Positions 61,381-64,000 of a DNA stretch of 64,000 nucleotides are shown here, one piece after another. Below the pieces are notes generated by a model. The model did not search any database and was not told the DNA's origin. It saw nothing but the letters and a program-made list of their open reading frames with translations. Within the stretch, counting starts at the first letter, position 1. Every line of letters begins with the position of its first letter. The stretch is from Lama glama. Lineage: Eukaryota. The position numbers and the translations under genes are program-made. The stretch covers positions 5,582,001 through 5,646,000 of the forward strand of contig CM052817.1 in assembly GCA_028534125.1 (NCBI GenBank), in the 5' to 3' direction.

Positions 61381-62119
61381 AAAGAAAGAGAAAAGAACGT
61401 CAGTGTAAGGAAGACAAACTCAGAGTCATCACGGAAGGTAAATTTGCAATATTCACGCATCATTGCTGGGAGGAGGGTGTTAAGGCCACTGCCCTGCGGT
61501 CTTCCAGGAAGGTGGATCCCTGAGGAGGGGCAGCTCAATGTCGTTAGCTGTAAACATCACCTCCAACTGACTCCCCAGGGATGATTCATGTTCAGCGGGA
61601 AACCCGACCTGGATTTGCCTTCTGATGTGGGTCCTCACTGTGGAGACTGATGCTCTGGGCACTCCAGTTATCAGCAAAATCCTACCTGTTCCTACGTGTT
61701 ACAACTTGACCTGGGAGGAGCCTACGCATTTGGCAGCTTGAGGTCATTTATCCCTGACCCCCATCAAGGCAGGATTTGAACTCGTGATTTTTGGGTACCG
61801 TGACTCTTTTTTTCATTTATCTTAAATGTTTTTATTTCCTATAAGGATACCTGCATGGTGTCCTTGAACATAATTTATTAAAACTTCCATTCCTGGAGAT
61901 ACTCAGTAATTTATACAGATGCATGATGGAATGTTAGGTTTGGTGATATACTGGCCATTTCTTTCTAGCACAGATAGTTAATTATTAAAATCTGCATTGT
62001 GATTTATATGTTTTCTAGGTAAAATATATCATAATCAATGATCCAGCTAGATTACCTGATATATTTTATATACCTTCCAGTTCTAATGCTCCAAAATTTA
62101 TTCAACAATTTCAAATACT

Positions 62120-62745
62120 TTTTAAAAATTGAAGTATAGTTAATTCACAATGTTGTGTTAGTTTCAGGTGTACAACAAAGTGATATATATATATATATAT
62201 ATATATAATTTTTTTTCAGATTCTTTTCCATTATAGGTTATTACAAGAAGTTGAACATAGTTCCCTGTGCTATACAGTAGGACCTTGTTGTTTTAATCTA
62301 TTTTAGGTATAGTATTGTGTATATGTTAATCCCAAACTCCTGATTTATCCCCTCCCCCCAGCTTTCCCCTTTGGTAACCAAAAATTTGTTTTCTATGTCT
62401 GTGATTACATTTCTCTTTTGTAAATAAGTTCATTTGTGTAATTTTTTAAGATTCTGGATATAAGTGATATCACACGCTATTTGTCTTTCTCTGACTTACT
62501 TCACTTAGTATGATAATCTCTAGGTCCATTCATGTTTCTGTAAATGGCATTATTTTATTCTTTTCTTTCTTTCTTTCTTTCTTTTTTATCATTGAGCAAT
62601 ATTCCATTGTATAAATATACCACAACTTCTGTATCCAGTCATCTGTCAGTGGACATTTAGGTTGCTTCCTTGTCTTGGCTGTTGTAAATAGTGCTGCTGT
62701 GAACACTGGGGTGCATGTATCTTTCTGAATTAGAGTTTTCTCCAG
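62120..62745 (-). mobile_element. 5'-truncated cetartiodactyl L1, antisense, with (TA)n
   Basis: Reverse complement of the same L1 3' end; minus-strand translation EKTLIQKDTCTPVFTAALFT... Confidence 0.9.
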
Positions 62746-63389
62746 TACCATGGGCTCTTGGTGAGGCCGAGTGGAGGGGCGAGAACTTTGGAGTTGACAC
62801 GCAGGGTCACAACCAGCCCCACGGCGTCTGAGTGTGCATTAGAAAAGACGTCCCTTCCACAAGCCCTTTTATGACCCCCTGTACCAAACCCCACCAGCAT
62901 CTGCCTAGTCCTCCGTGACTAAATGTCAGATTAGATTCCTTTGTCTCCCCGCGCCAACATCAGTGATGAAGTCCCGTTGGAGTAATTACTACTCCTGCCT
63001 GCCTGTAACTTCCAGGTAACCAAGCACCTGCAGTGTCTGTCTGCCTGTGAAGTCTCAGCTCCGCGCTGACCTCATTAGATGAGCATCACTACTCTAACAG
63101 AGGGAAAGGAACTTTGACCATGGCCGCATCCCGAGGAAGTTGTAGCATTTGAATTATGCCTTTGAAAAGCTCATTGCCTTTCTTATTAGACATGTCATCT
63201 TAAAAAGAAAGTCAATTCAGTAAAAATATCTGTCAAAAAATTGCTTGAGGATGTGTGTACAGAAAAATCCATCAACTGACATAATGTTTCCCTTTTGGCT
63301 CGGTTATAAATTGCTACACTTGGTCTCCAATTGTGAAGTGCGGAAACCGCTGGAAACAGGTTCTTGGGCGGGACTGTGATTGCGAGCCT

Positions 63390-63422
63390 TGCAGTGAAAG
63401 AGCACTAACAGCAGGGGGCGCT
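63390..63422 (+). promoter_or_regulatory. CTCF motif with upstream (ZF9-11) module
   Basis: TGCAGTGAA-N6-CTA-ACAGCAGGGGGCGCT; the core has one mismatch to consensus and the spacing is canonical. Confidence 0.55.
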
Positions 63423-64000
63423 GGTGCCTTTCCGTCTGAGTCCTCGCCTGCCCTTGCAGTTCAAAGAGGGGCGATGCGGTGGGTCGGCAGCGGCCTCCAT
63501 TTTAGTCTCTCCACAGCTTTTTGGGTCCCCGCGATGTGTCAGAGATGGCTGTCCCCTCTCCCAGGGGAGGGCGGGGAAGATTCTGAGTTCTTACAGGGAA
63601 GCTGAGAACTAGGTACGGTTTCAACAAAGACGTTGCCTCCACCTGCCGTCACCACCTCCCATTCCCCGGGGGTCGGGAGGCGGGCGATCCTTGTCTATCA
63701 AGAGGTTTGGGGGGAAATGGTGTTTGCAGGGTGCTCTCTGAGAGGAGGGCATCAGGCTGGGGCGGAACTTGGTCAGGGCAGCTGGCGGGGAGGGCGCTCC
63801 GTGGGGTCTGATGGGGAATGACATTAGCTAGTCCTCAGAGCAGACCCCAGGGGAGCATGGGGAGGGGACAGCGGGATGAGTGCAATGTTCAATGCCCAAA
63901 AGTGAGGGTGATTCTGGTGTGATGTTTCAGCCACATCAATAACACATGAAACGTCACAGTGATGACGGTATGTTAATCGTCTGAAACACTTAAACCAAGT

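Overview
Mammalian genomic DNA, almost certainly camelid (alpaca, llama or camel), judged from tRNA-derived Vic-1-type SINEs and cetartiodactyl-type L1 tails. Two intact spliced genes lie in tandem on the + strand. TMEM128 has 4 coding exons, join(1899..1995,3512..3653,8231..8389,10673..10772), 165 aa, plus a probable non-coding last exon. OTOP1, the proton-selective otopetrin-1 channel, has 6 coding exons, join(22479..22890,34658..34794,39603..39661,46104..46234,49262..50190,56835..57005), 612 aa. Each gene starts in a CpG island. All introns are GT-AG, and I checked by hand that exon phases close into full ORFs. The rest is intron and intergenic DNA rich in repeats: L1, L2/MIR, MaLR LTRs, hAT MER elements, a decayed ERV-L pol and solo LTRs. 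I found no convincing new protein-coding system. The best leads are regulatory or isoform-level: candidate alternative and internal OTOP1 promoters or first exons, co-oriented CTCF motifs (one inside a MER20), an antisense solo LTR in OTOP1 intron 3, candidate NMD-coupled exons in TMEM128, and two L1 copies truncated at the same base. Gene and repeat names come from recognition without database searches, and repeat boundaries are approximate unless TSDs are given.
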